DNA of 33,794 bases, from positions 1 through 33,794 of the forward strand of contig JAZDGU010000033.1 of the NCBI GenBank assembly GCA_043806595.1, written 5' to 3'. Shown here in pieces: positions 25,573 to 33,794 of the stretch. A program made the position numbers and the translations under genes. This DNA is from Candidatus Micrarchaeota archaeon. Lineage in GTDB: Archaea > Micrarchaeota > Micrarchaeia > Norongarragalinales > SBBD01. The notes below the pieces were generated by a model that saw only the letters and a program-made list of their open reading frames with translations, made no database searches and was not told the DNA's origin. Position 1 is the stretch's first letter; the number at the start of each line of letters is the position of its first letter.

Positions 25573-27943
25573 GCTCGCTATGAGGACACCAGCCCTGGCC
25601 GCAATGGCCTTTCTATCGCTCGCCTGCCTGACTCAGGCCGTCGGCATCATCGTCGACGACCCGCAGGTTAGCGCCTGCAACGGCGAGCAGGCGTTCGTCA
25701 GCGGTACCGTATTCAACCCGCGGGCTTCCCAGAACTCGTACCAGCTGTCCTTCTGGTACTCGGACAACCGCTTCACCGACTACGCCCCGAGGCTCAACGT
25801 ACCCGCGAATTCCGCGAAGGACTTCCGCGCCTACCTCACGCCCGAATGCGGGCTCGCGGAAGGCAGGTATTCCGCAAAAATCGGGGCCGAGTCCAGCAGC
25901 GACGGGGAATTCGGGAGCGCCGACATTGCAATCGACGTCAGGAGCTGCCTCGACGCGAGCATCAACGTGGACTCCTCGAGGCAGGTCGTATGCGCGGGCA
26001 GCAAGGCGCGCTTCAACGTCAGGCTTTACAACCGCGGCTTCGCGAACCTGAGCTTCCTGCTTTCCTCGAACTCGACCACGGGCGCGACGTTCTCGGAGAA
26101 CGGCGTGCGCGTCCAGCCGGGCAGGCAGAAGACTCTGGAATTGGAAATCCCGACGCAGGCATCAGCCGGCCATGCCGAAAGGGTAAGAATTACGGCGACC
26201 GCATTCGACGAGTGCACGAGCAGGGACTACTCGCAGGAGGTTGTCGTGGAGACGCGCGACTGCGGCGCGCAGCCCGCTGCAACTGCGAGCGCGAGTCCGT
26301 GGCCGACTTACTACCCTACGGCGCCCGCACCGACATATTATCCGGCCCCTACTGCAACTCCCCAGCCAGGCGAGCGCGAGGCGTTCGTCGACATCGAGGG
26401 GTTCGCGTTCAAGCCCGCTGAAATCATGGTGCCCGTGGGCACCAAGGTCAGCTGGCGCAACTTCGACACCGCGGTGCACACCGTAACGACGATGTCCGCA
26501 CCCGCGGACGAGGGATTCTACAGCGGGCCCGTCAACCCCGGCAAGACCTTCAGCCGCACGCTCTACGTCCCCGGCACATACGTATACTATTGCACCAGCC
26601 ACCCAGACATGCGGGGCACGGTCACGGTGACCGACGCGCAGGTCGCGATCCCGACCGCGAGGCCGACGCCGACACCACGGCCTTCCGCGACTCCGGCCGC
26701 AAACGCGACGCCTTCCCCGACCGCCGCTCCGACGCCGGCCCCTACCCCGACAGCTACCCCGACCGCGGAACCCGACACGACGGAACTCGAAATCCTGCTC
26801 AATGAGACCGCGTTCACGCCGCAGTACGTGACGGTCCTGCCGCGCACGAAGATTACATGGACGAACATCGGGACGACTGACAACGACGTCACTAGCGGTT
26901 CCACGCCCTCCGAGGACGGTTTCTACAGCGGGACCCTCGTGCCGGGCCAGGGATTCAGCCGCGTGCTATACATCCTCGGCGCCTACGAATTCCACTCGTC
27001 CCTGCACCCCGAAGCCGCGGGAAGGGTCATCGTCAGCCGCGCGCTTCCGACGCCGACGCAGGAGCCGGGAGCAAGCGCCAGTCCCACGGCCGAAGTCTAT
27101 TCCGTGGAGTCTTACGCCGCAACCCCCGGGGCAGGGGCGTGCCCGGGCGAGGATGCGCAGTATGTCGTCGAATACGCCAACAAGGGCGAGCGCGACGCAT
27201 TCGAGGTCGCGATTGTCGCGCCCGACGGCGTTTCAGCGATAGTCGAACCCATGACATTCACTCTGGATAAGGAAGGCAGGGCCGACGTCACGGTCAGCGC
27301 CCACGCGGACGCCCCGGGCGGGTACACGTTCAAGGTCTTCGCGACGAGCGCGGCTACGGGCGTCGCCAGCCGGACGACGCTCTCACTGCAGGTCACCGAC
27401 GGAAGCGCCTGCGAGGGCAACGGCGCCGGGGAGCCCGAGGAGGGAATGGTGGAAGTCGTCTCCGCGTCCCTCGAGGAGCTCGCCGGGGAAAACGCCAGCA
27501 GGCTCACGGTCGTGCTCAGGTCGAACCAGGACAAATATACATCGTTCAACGTCAGCCCCCTCAAGGACGGCATGCCGGTCTCGACCGAGTCCGCCGAAAT
27601 CCGGAAGGGGGAGGAGAAGAGGCTCGAATTCACGCTTGCCCTCGGGCAAGGCGAAGGCGTGACCCTGCTGGTGAAGTCCGGGGCGGCAGAGGAGAGGCAC
27701 GAACTGGAAGCGCAGGAGGCGAGCAAGCCCTCGGAATCCACGGGCCTGTTCGGCGCCGGGACCGACAGCGCGAGCCTCTTCGTCGTCGGGATACTCGTCG
27801 GCGCGCTTGCGCTGTTCACGGCGACGCGCGCGATGAGGAACCGCAAGGCCGCCGAGGAAGGCAAACACTGGGAGGAGGATACCGCGGACTCCGCGCCCCC
27901 GGCTGCAGGCAGTGCGGCACAGCCCGGCGAGCCGAAAGCCTGA
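25565..27943 (+). CDS. Surface protein with Ig-like domains and two cupredoxin (plastocyanin-like) domains, C-terminal TM anchor
   Basis: Signal peptide; FAFKPAEI.VPVGTKVSWRN.D...HTVT...YYCTSHPDMRG; second copy AFTPQYV.V...ITWTN...FHSSLHPEAAG; PT linkers; TM after TGLF. Overlaps the upstream gene by 8 nt; ATG 25580 is an alternative start. Confidence 0.88.
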   Translation: MRELAMRTPALAAMAFLSLACLTQAVGIIVDDPQVSACNGEQAFVSGTVFNPRASQNSYQLSFWYSDNRFTDYAPRLNVPANSAKDFRAYLTPECGLAEGRYSAKIGAESSSDGEFGSADIAIDVRSCLDASINVDSSRQVVCAGSKARFNVRLYNRGFANLSFLLSSNSTTGATFSENGVRVQPGRQKTLELEIPTQASAGHAERVRITATAFDECTSRDYSQEVVVETRDCGAQPAATASASPWPTYYPTAPAPTYYPAPTATPQPGEREAFVDIEGFAFKPAEIMVPVGTKVSWRNFDTAVHTVTTMSAPADEGFYSGPVNPGKTFSRTLYVPGTYVYYCTSHPDMRGTVTVTDAQVAIPTARPTPTPRPSATPAANATPSPTAAPTPAPTPTATPTAEPDTTELEILLNETAFTPQYVTVLPRTKITWTNIGTTDNDVTSGSTPSEDGFYSGTLVPGQGFSRVLYILGAYEFHSSLHPEAAGRVIVSRALPTPTQEPGASASPTAEVYSVESYAATPGAGACPGEDAQYVVEYANKGERDAFEVAIVAPDGVSAIVEPMTFTLDKEGRADVTVSAHADAPGGYTFKVFATSAATGVASRTTLSLQVTDGSACEGNGAGEPEEGMVEVVSASLEELAGENASRLTVVLRSNQDKYTSFNVSPLKDGMPVSTESAEIRKGEEKRLEFTLALGQGEGVTLLVKSGAAEERHELEAQEASKPSESTGLFGAGTDSASLFVVGILVGALALFTATRAMRNRKAAEEGKHWEEDTADSAPPAAGSAAQPGEPKA

Positions 27944-27978
27944 AACGCTTTTTAAACCGGCCCGACTATTGCTAGAGC

Positions 27979-28542
27979 ATGAAAGGGGACGTCAGTCTGC
28001 TCATCGTGGGATACCTCGTGGGCATGGTCGTGTTGGTGGGAGTGGTCTACTACGCCATGTCGGGAGGGCAGAAGCCGGAAGCCACGCCGACTCCCTCGGC
28101 AACGCCGACCGCGGCCGCAACCAGCGTGTTCGGCTTGGACACGCCGACACCGGCGGCAACAGCAACCCCCGCGCCTGCCCGCAGGTGCGAGGACGGCACG
28201 CCGCTCGACTCATGCAACGACGCGCTCAAGGCATGCAGGTCCGAGGATGGCACGCTGTCCCTCGTGGAGGACTGCAAGCTCTGCGGCTGCGAGTTCGGCC
28301 AGAAGTGCAGCCCGCTGGACAACAGGTGCTTCGTCGGATGCGACGACGGCACGCCGCTCCTGCTGTGCTCGAACGCCACGCCGGACTACTACTGCGACGA
28401 GAACATGAGCCTCGCGATAAACGGGTTCGAGTGCGGCTGCCCGCGGGGATACCAGTACGACCCCTACGGGAGCGGGCCGTATACGGTCAACGGATGCACG
28501 AGCACCTGCAGGTCGGGGCCGGAATGCAACCGGGGAAGGTAG
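27979..28542 (+). CDS. Small membrane-anchored Cys-rich protein with two CxDGT modules
   Basis: N-terminal TM, ATPTP linker, CEDGTP...CKLCGC and CDDGTP...ECGC. TTTTTAAA promoter at 27949-27956. Confidence 0.8.
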   Translation: MKGDVSLLIVGYLVGMVVLVGVVYYAMSGGQKPEATPTPSATPTAAATSVFGLDTPTPAATATPAPARRCEDGTPLDSCNDALKACRSEDGTLSLVEDCKLCGCEFGQKCSPLDNRCFVGCDDGTPLLLCSNATPDYYCDENMSLAINGFECGCPRGYQYDPYGSGPYTVNGCTSTCRSGPECNRGR

Positions 28543-28544
28543 CC

Positions 28545-29054
28545 ATGATTCTTTCACGCAGGGAACTCCTCAAGGCATTGAAGGCCGAGCGCATACGCAT
28601 AACGCCGTTCGATGCTTCGTGCGTGGGCGCTTGCTCCATCGACCTTCACCTGGGGAACGAGTTCAGGATATTCAAGAAGACGGGAAAGCCAGTGATCGTC
28701 CGCGAGGACACGGTATTCCCCTCAAGGAGAGTCGTCGTCAGGAAGGGCGGCGCGCTGGAGCTCAAGCCCCTCCAGTTCGTCCTCGGGGTGACGAAGGAGA
28801 GGATACGGCTCTCGTCGGAATACTGCGCGCGCATAGACGGCAGGAGCAGGTTCGCTCGCCTGGGATTGATGGTGCACGTCAGCAGCAGCCTCATCCACCC
28901 CGGGAGCGACAACGTGCAGGTGCTGGAAATCGTCAACCTGTCGCCCCAGACGCTCAAGCTCAGGCCGGGCACGAAAATCTGCCAGGTGGTGTTCGAGAGG
29001 CTGTCCTCTCCCGCGGAATACCACGGCAGGTTCAAGAAGCAGAACGGCCTTTGA
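28545..29054 (+). CDS. dcd: dCTP deaminase
   Basis: MILS, SIDLHLGNEF, FVLG.T.E.I.L, DGRSRFARLGLMVH, VLEI.N, KICQVVF and YHGRF..Q. True start is ATG 28545, inside the 27912 ORF. Confidence 0.93.
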   Translation: MILSRRELLKALKAERIRITPFDASCVGACSIDLHLGNEFRIFKKTGKPVIVREDTVFPSRRVVVRKGGALELKPLQFVLGVTKERIRLSSEYCARIDGRSRFARLGLMVHVSSSLIHPGSDNVQVLEIVNLSPQTLKLRPGTKICQVVFERLSSPAEYHGRFKKQNGL

Positions 29055-30474
29055 CACCCTGCCGCAGCTCATCCCCGAGCGCCAGCAGGAAGGCGTCCAG
29101 CTTCCCTGGCGAGTCCGCCAACCACGCGCCGGCCGCGACGGAATGCCCGCCGCCGAAACCCCCGGCCTTGACTGCCGCGGCGGATACCGCGCGGCCGAGG
29201 TCGCCGCCGGCGGAAGCGAACGTCCTTGCAGCCCTTGCCGAAACCTTCACCCTGCCGGTCTCGTCGAGCGCGGCGATTACCACGGGCTTCGCCGCGGGAG
29301 CCGGAAACGATCCGGCAAGCGAGCCCGCAATCGTGCCCACGACGTAGTCCGGGAGGTCGCCGCGCGCGTCCGCGAAGTAGAACGCGCCCAAGTCCTCGGC
29401 ACGCGAGCGGGCGAAGGAGAAGCCGCGGCCGAGAGCGCGCTTGTGCGACTGCAGAAGCGCGCGGGCCTCATCGAGCCCGGCGCCCTCGCCCATGCAGAGC
29501 GCCACGGCGAGGTCGGAGCGGCCCTGCCTGCCGCACGCGTTCAGAAGGGACGCGAACTCTTGTGCGTTGGAGGCCTCCGACTGGGGATCCTCGCCGGGGA
29601 AGTAGAAGAGGTCGCCCACCAGCCGGACGGCGCTGCCCGCGGCAGAATCGCTGGCGAGCGCGCCCACCAGCCGCCTCCTTTCCTTCTCCTCGAGGTCGCA
29701 GTAGCGCAGCCACGTGCGCTTGCCCTCCTTGTCGGAATAGAGCGGGATGCCGTGCCTGCGGAGGAAGAGGGCGCTCGCCTTGTCCGAGCCTGTGAGGCCG
29801 GGAAGGAAGGGCTCGCCGGACTGGCTCAGCAGCTGTATGAGGGAGCGCGAGGCGAGGCCGAAGAGCCTGAGGTCGCGCTCGACGCGCACCGCGTTTATCA
29901 GCCGCGCCTGCCGGAGCACGAGCGCGTTCGCGCCCTCCATCGGCTGCATGTCGCCGCAGATGCCCGCAAGGGCCAGCTGGGCCATGCGCCGCGCGGTCTC
30001 GATGGGCACGTGCTCGCAGAACGCGAGGTATGCGGAAGTGGAGCTGCAGGCGTACAGCGCGCCGTCGAGGCCGTGCCGGTGCGGGTTGACGACGGCGAGG
30101 GAGGCCGAAGGGTTATGCACTGCGGCCGGGGGATGGTGGTCGACGACGGAAACAAATTTCCCGAGCCGCGCGATGGCGTTGAGGTCGTTCAGGCGGTCGG
30201 AGGCGAGGTCCGCGACGAAGACCGCGGGCGAGTCCGACTTGGCCGCGGTGCGAAGCGACTCGTCGTCGAAGCGCTTGCAGGGGAGCATGCGGAAAGGGAT
30301 GCTGCGGGCCTTGAGGGCGAGCCCGATGACGGATGCCGCGGCGATGCCGTCCGCGTCGTAGTGGTGGAGGACGAGCGCGTTCTTGCAGGAGAGGGAGGAG
30401 GCGCCCGCGGAGGAGGCCTTCTTCGCGAATTCGAGGGATAGCTCCTCGAGCGAAGGCGGGGCTGGCGAGTCCAT
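29032..30474 (-). CDS. DHH/DHHA1 RecJ-like nuclease, GAN/Cdc45 type
   Basis: HYDADG, VADL, VDHHPP, VNP, GDMQ, DLRLFG..SRSL, EFASLLNACGR, KVSAR and GGGH..AAG. Start at ATG 30474 (or 30483). Confidence 0.88.
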   Translation of the reverse strand: MDSPAPPSLEELSLEFAKKASSAGASSLSCKNALVLHHYDADGIAAASVIGLALKARSIPFRMLPCKRFDDESLRTAAKSDSPAVFVADLASDRLNDLNAIARLGKFVSVVDHHPPAAVHNPSASLAVVNPHRHGLDGALYACSSTSAYLAFCEHVPIETARRMAQLALAGICGDMQPMEGANALVLRQARLINAVRVERDLRLFGLASRSLIQLLSQSGEPFLPGLTGSDKASALFLRRHGIPLYSDKEGKRTWLRYCDLEEKERRRLVGALASDSAAGSAVRLVGDLFYFPGEDPQSEASNAQEFASLLNACGRQGRSDLAVALCMGEGAGLDEARALLQSHKRALGRGFSFARSRAEDLGAFYFADARGDLPDYVVGTIAGSLAGSFPAPAAKPVVIAALDETGRVKVSARAARTFASAGGDLGRAVSAAAVKAGGFGGGHSVAAGAWLADSPGKLDAFLLALGDELRQGVKGRSAS

Positions 30475-30541
30475 GCAGTGCATCTTGGCGGAAAACGCTT
30501 TTAATACCGCGAGTGACCAATATTCCTCCGGGGCGATACTC

Positions 30542-31645
30542 ATGCGGATAGCAGAAGCGGCCACGATTCCGGCGGACGAGAGCATTTCCAAGGCGTTTTC
30601 GATGCTCTCCCGGGCAGACTATATTGTGGTGGTGGATGCCGACGGGAGGTACGCCGGCGAGCTCTCGGCGCCCGAGTTCGGGAAGTTTACCCCGAACGAG
30701 GGAAAGACCAAGGCCGCCTCTCGCGCACGGAAGGGCGCCGTGATTTCAGGGGGAAAAATCGACTCCGGCCACATACTCAGGCTTTTCGCGGAAAACAGGC
30801 TCGAGGGCCTGCCCGTGCTCGACTCCAACCGCAGGGTAGTGGGAGTGGTCGACCGCGGCTGCGTGCTTGAGGAGGCGTGCTCACTGCCCCTGGCGCAGGG
30901 GATGCGCGCGCTGGAGGCCGCGGAGGCGGTCTCGAGCATCGCCGCGGGCGACACCGCCTCGCAGGCGACGGGCCTCATGCTGCGCAGCGGCGCGAGGGAA
31001 ATCGTCGTCACCGAAGGAAGCAAGGCAGTGGGGACCGTAAGCGTGCTCGACATCGCCCGCAAGGTCAAGCCGCACATGCGCCTGCCCTTCAGGACGGCCA
31101 CGGAATCCGGCAGGGAAGGGGCCGGGAAGGAGCGCGTGGAGTCCGTCATGAGCCAGCTCGCTGATGAGAGCGTGATCGGCGCCGGCACCAGCCTTGCGGA
31201 AGCTGCAAGGCGCATGCTCTCCAACGGCGGCAGGATGCTGCTCGTGTACGATGGCGGGAAAATCAGGGGGGCGGTCACTTTCCACGGGCTGCTCAAGGCA
31301 ATCGTGTCACAACAGCCCGCCGCCGGCCCGAGCAAGGCAGTGGTCGTCACGGGGCTCAAGGAGGACGAGCGCGCGATGAGGAAGTCCGTCGAGGCGGAGT
31401 GCACGAAGGCCATTTCGAGGATGCGCGGCGATGCGGTGCTGCACCTCCGCGTCCGGAGCATCGAGCGCAGTAACGGCAGGAAGGAATACGAGGTCAGGAC
31501 GGTGCTGGAAGTGGGGGGAAGGAGGCTGCACGGCTCGACGCCGGACATCCGGGGGCACCGCGAGAACTGGGACCTGCACCTCGCCGTGAAGGAAGTCCTC
31601 GCGGACCTGCGCAAGCAGTACGAGAAGCAGGTCAAGAACGCCTGA
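30542..31645 (+). CDS. CBS-domain protein (4 CBS) with C-terminal HPF/RaiA-like domain; Hib-like ribosome hibernation factor
   Basis: CBS motifs (IVVVDADGRYAG, LPVLDSNRRVVGVV, IVVTEGSKAVGTVS, LLVYDGGKIRGAVT). The C-terminus VVVTGL...YEVRTVL...WDLHLAVKEVLADLRKQ resembles the HPF helix DLYxAIDxAxxKLERQ. Confidence 0.78.
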   Translation: MRIAEAATIPADESISKAFSMLSRADYIVVVDADGRYAGELSAPEFGKFTPNEGKTKAASRARKGAVISGGKIDSGHILRLFAENRLEGLPVLDSNRRVVGVVDRGCVLEEACSLPLAQGMRALEAAEAVSSIAAGDTASQATGLMLRSGAREIVVTEGSKAVGTVSVLDIARKVKPHMRLPFRTATESGREGAGKERVESVMSQLADESVIGAGTSLAEAARRMLSNGGRMLLVYDGGKIRGAVTFHGLLKAIVSQQPAAGPSKAVVVTGLKEDERAMRKSVEAECTKAISRMRGDAVLHLRVRSIERSNGRKEYEVRTVLEVGGRRLHGSTPDIRGHRENWDLHLAVKEVLADLRKQYEKQVKNA

Positions 31646-31693
31646 AACGCAAGGTTTTTTAACGTGTTTTCACATAATAAATATGTGAAAAGT

Positions 31694-31936
31694 ATGGTGA
31701 ACGTGACCCTGTCGTTGCATGAAACGGTCTGGAAGAGGATGAAGGCCCATAACGAAATCCGGTGGTCGCGAACGGTTGAGAGCGTCATCGAGGGCAAGCT
31801 GGACGCGTTCGACGAGGCGCAGCTGCTCGCGTCCAAGAGCAGGCTCACGGAAAAGGACGCCGCAAGGATTGCCGCGGAAATCGATTCTTCGGCTGCAAGG
31901 CACGCCAAGGCGCTCTTGAATGAGACTCGCGGCTGA
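31694..31936 (+). CDS. Putative antitoxin (RHH-like, VapB)
   Basis: MVNVTLSLHETVWKRMKAHNEIRWS...LASKSRLTEKDA; overlaps the downstream PIN gene by 17 nt. Confidence 0.75.
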   Translation: MVNVTLSLHETVWKRMKAHNEIRWSRTVESVIEGKLDAFDEAQLLASKSRLTEKDAARIAAEIDSSAARHAKALLNETRG

Positions 31937-32330
31937 CGCCAACGCCTTCATCTCCGCCCTGATTCGCAAGGGCGTTACGAGGAGGCTGTGGTTCCACCCG
32001 CGCGTGCGCTTATTCGCCCCGGAATTCATCCTTACCGAGGTCGTCAGGCACGAAAACGGCCTGTCTCGCAAGTTCCGGGGCCCCCTACCGGAATTCCGAA
32101 GGCTGAGGGGACTGCTCCTGATGCAGGCCGAAGTGGTTCCGGACGCCGCGTTAAAACCGTTCTTGCATGCAGCTGCGGCGCTCACGGAAGACCCGGACGA
32201 CTGGCTCTACCTTGCGTGCGCGCTTTATGCCGATGCGGACCTCTGGAGCCACGACAAGGGGTTCCTCAAGCAGAAAAGAGTCAAGGCCTGGACGACGGAA
32301 GAGCTAGGCAGGGAAATCGGGCTATTGTAG
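31920..32330 (+). CDS. PIN-domain toxin (VapC-like)
   Basis: AADANAFISALI, EFILTEV, DPDDWLYLACAL and LWSHDK acidic PIN residues. Confidence 0.88.
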   Translation: MRLAADANAFISALIRKGVTRRLWFHPRVRLFAPEFILTEVVRHENGLSRKFRGPLPEFRRLRGLLLMQAEVVPDAALKPFLHAAAALTEDPDDWLYLACALYADADLWSHDKGFLKQKRVKAWTTEELGREIGLL

Positions 32331-32406
32331 GCCCGTTGTGCGCAGCCGTACCCGCCGAATGGCAACTATTTAAACCGGCCTGCGGTAATCCCTCCGGTTT
32401 TCCGCG

Positions 32407-33342
32407 ATGGTGCTCGAATACCGCAAGGACTGGACCAAGAATGACGTCGTCATAATCGCCAACGAGCGCTCGAAGCGCCCGGTGGTCTTCGGCAGGACCA
32501 TCACCTGCCCGTTCTGCAGGGGAAGCGAGCACGTCACGCCGCCCACCAAGTTCGCCTTGCCCTCTGAAGAGAACTGGAATATCCGGGTGTTCGACAACGC
32601 GTTCTCGCTCGTGGGCACAGAGAAGGAGTACACCGACCTCGATTCGAGCGATTCCTCCTACGCCTACGGCGAGCACGAGCTGATCGTCGAGACGGACGTG
32701 CACGAGAAGCTGTACCAGGAGCTGTCCGACGACGAGCTGAAGCACGTCTTTTCCGCTTACCGCAACAGGCTCGAGAAGCTCTCCGGGAACCCGAAGGCGG
32801 AGTACGTCCTGCTGTTCAAGAACCACGGGAGGATGGCGGGCGCGAGCATAGAGCACGAGCACTCGCAGATAATCTCCTTCCCGTTCCTGCCCGAGATACC
32901 CGCCGAGGAGCTCGCGGCGGTCGGCGACTACAAGGACAAGTTCGGCTCGTGCCTCTACTGCGACATGCCGGAGAAGGAGAAGGACAACGTGCTCATGCAG
33001 GGCGAGCACTTCGTCGCAATCTGCCCGTCGTTCTCGCGCTTCCAGTTCGAGATGTGGATCCTGCCGAAGAAGCACGTCAAGAGCATGCTCGAGCTGGACG
33101 AGGACGGCATGACGCTCGAGCTCGCGGTCATGGTGCGCGAGTGCCTGCGGAGGCTGTTCTTCGTGGCGAAGGACTACAACATCATCTACCACAACGCGCC
33201 CAAGGGGAAGGACGTGCACTTCCACGTCGAGATATACCCGCGCTCGGGCTCCTGGGCCGGCGTCGAGCTCGGCACGGGCGTCATAGCGAACACGAAGAGC
33301 GAGAAGGACTCTTTAGAGGCATTGCGGCGCTTCGAAAAGTAG
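32407..33342 (+). CDS. galT: Galactose-1-phosphate uridylyltransferase (GalT/HIT family)
   Basis: EYRKD, ERSKRP, CPFCRGSE..TPP, YGEHELIVET, FKNHG..AGASIEHEHSQI, CLYCD, HFHVEIYPR and AGVELGTG. Confidence 0.9.
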   Translation: MVLEYRKDWTKNDVVIIANERSKRPVVFGRTITCPFCRGSEHVTPPTKFALPSEENWNIRVFDNAFSLVGTEKEYTDLDSSDSSYAYGEHELIVETDVHEKLYQELSDDELKHVFSAYRNRLEKLSGNPKAEYVLLFKNHGRMAGASIEHEHSQIISFPFLPEIPAEELAAVGDYKDKFGSCLYCDMPEKEKDNVLMQGEHFVAICPSFSRFQFEMWILPKKHVKSMLELDEDGMTLELAVMVRECLRRLFFVAKDYNIIYHNAPKGKDVHFHVEIYPRSGSWAGVELGTGVIANTKSEKDSLEALRRFEK

Positions 33343-33386
33343 GCGGGATGCAACCCGGCGGAAAGCTGCTCGCGGGGCTTGCGCCA

Positions 33387-33554
33387 CTATTTCTTCTTCT
33401 TCTCGTCGTTTAGCAGCATGCCCGCGCCGATGATTATCAGGATTACCGGCCAGAACTTGCCGAAGTCGTCCGGGATGATGCCGAAGTTCATCAGCAGGAA
33501 GACTATGCCGATGAAAACCAGTATGGCGCCGAAAATCATCCTGCCCCGTTCCAT
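33387..33554 (-). CDS. Small 2-TM protein (DUF5668/LiaI-LiaF-like TM)
   Basis: Not in the ORF track (55 aa): MERGRMIFGAILVFIGIVFLLMNFGIIPDDFGKFWPVILIIIGAGMLLNDEKKKK, with the characteristic WP motif. Confidence 0.8.
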   Translation of the reverse strand: MERGRMIFGAILVFIGIVFLLMNFGIIPDDFGKFWPVILIIIGAGMLLNDEKKKK

Positions 33555-33664
33555 TCAAGACCACCCGGTAGAAAGGGTTGACGAAGCGGATAAAAAACGG
33601 TTTCCCGGGGGTTGGGAGCCCGAGGTTTTAGGATAAAAGACAAACAAGAAGGGAGGGGGGAGGT

Positions 33665-33794
33665 TTAGCCGTAGGTTGAATCGGTGCGGCGTTCGATTTT
33701 CGCTATGCCGATAATCTTCTTCTCCCAATACACGCGGTAGGTGACCCTGAAGCTGGAAAGCCGCACGCGATACTCGCCCTCGGTTCCCTCCAAT
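33665..33794 (-). CDS. RelE/ParE-family toxin, C-terminal part (start outside the window)
   Basis: Manual translation: LEGTEGEYRVRLSSFRVTYRVYWEKKIIGIAKIERRTDSTYG*, matching the RelE pattern YR.R...R..Y...I..I.R...Y. Confidence 0.8.
   Translation of the reverse strand, partial: LEGTEGEYRVRLSSFRVTYRVYWEKKIIGIAKIERRTDSTYG

Noticed and set aside
26640..26775. CCGAC-rich quasi-repeats that could look like a DNA repeat array or CRISPR
   Set aside because: They encode Pro/Thr/Ala linkers; there is no constant repeat-spacer periodicity.
27912..29054. 380-aa ORF suggesting an N-terminally extended dCTP deaminase
   Set aside because: The first ~210 aa are an alternative frame of the Cys-rich gene 27979..28542; Dcd homology starts at ATG 28545, 2 nt after that gene's stop.
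29032..29054. Convergent 3' overlaps (dcd/recJ 23 nt; GNAT/marC 11 nt at 18913-18923)
   Set aside because: Common in compact archaeal genomes; no sign of special function.
30383..30591. Apparent head-to-head overlap of the recJ and CBS ORFs
   Set aside because: An artefact of longest-ORF starts. The likely starts (30474 and 30542) leave a 67-nt divergent promoter containing TTTTAATA.
32850..32870. GalT active-site motif HEH instead of HPH
   Set aside because: Both histidines and the following SQ are retained, so the middle-residue change is weak evidence of altered function.

Overview
High-GC archaeal chromosomal segment. The gene content (archaeal Rpo7/Spt4/eS24/eS31, PpcA, GAN-type RecJ, PINA, TATA-box promoters, class III signal-peptide proteins) fits a DPANN lineage such as Micrarchaeota, though that assignment is inference. 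Left to right: three tandem pilin-like class III signal-peptide paralogues (the first truncated), adenylate kinase, tRNA-Lys(TTT), a PIN-hppA-rpo7-spt4-rps24e-rps27ae cluster, a ppcA-asnA module with a divergent Lrp regulator, a 31-aa ORF behind a palindromic operator, a hypothetical/beta-CASP RNase/PfkB operon, an orphan NitT/TauT permease, PINA lacking its KH domain, two apparently inactivated enzymes (LMW-PTP, transglutaminase-like), GNAT and MarC. Next is an ~8.7-kb cell-surface locus: a 1904-aa Cys/Tyr-rich protein with a repeated PKD-like module and an apparently circularly permuted nested insertion, a dual-cupredoxin surface protein and a small Cys-rich membrane protein. The window ends with dcd, GAN/RecJ, a CBS-HPF (Hib-like) hibernation factor, vapBC, galT, a small membrane protein and a truncated relE. 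The best candidates for an undescribed system are the surface-protein locus and the lectin-pilin array. No CRISPR array, integrase, transposase or reverse transcriptase was seen. All calls come from reading motifs by eye, without database searches.
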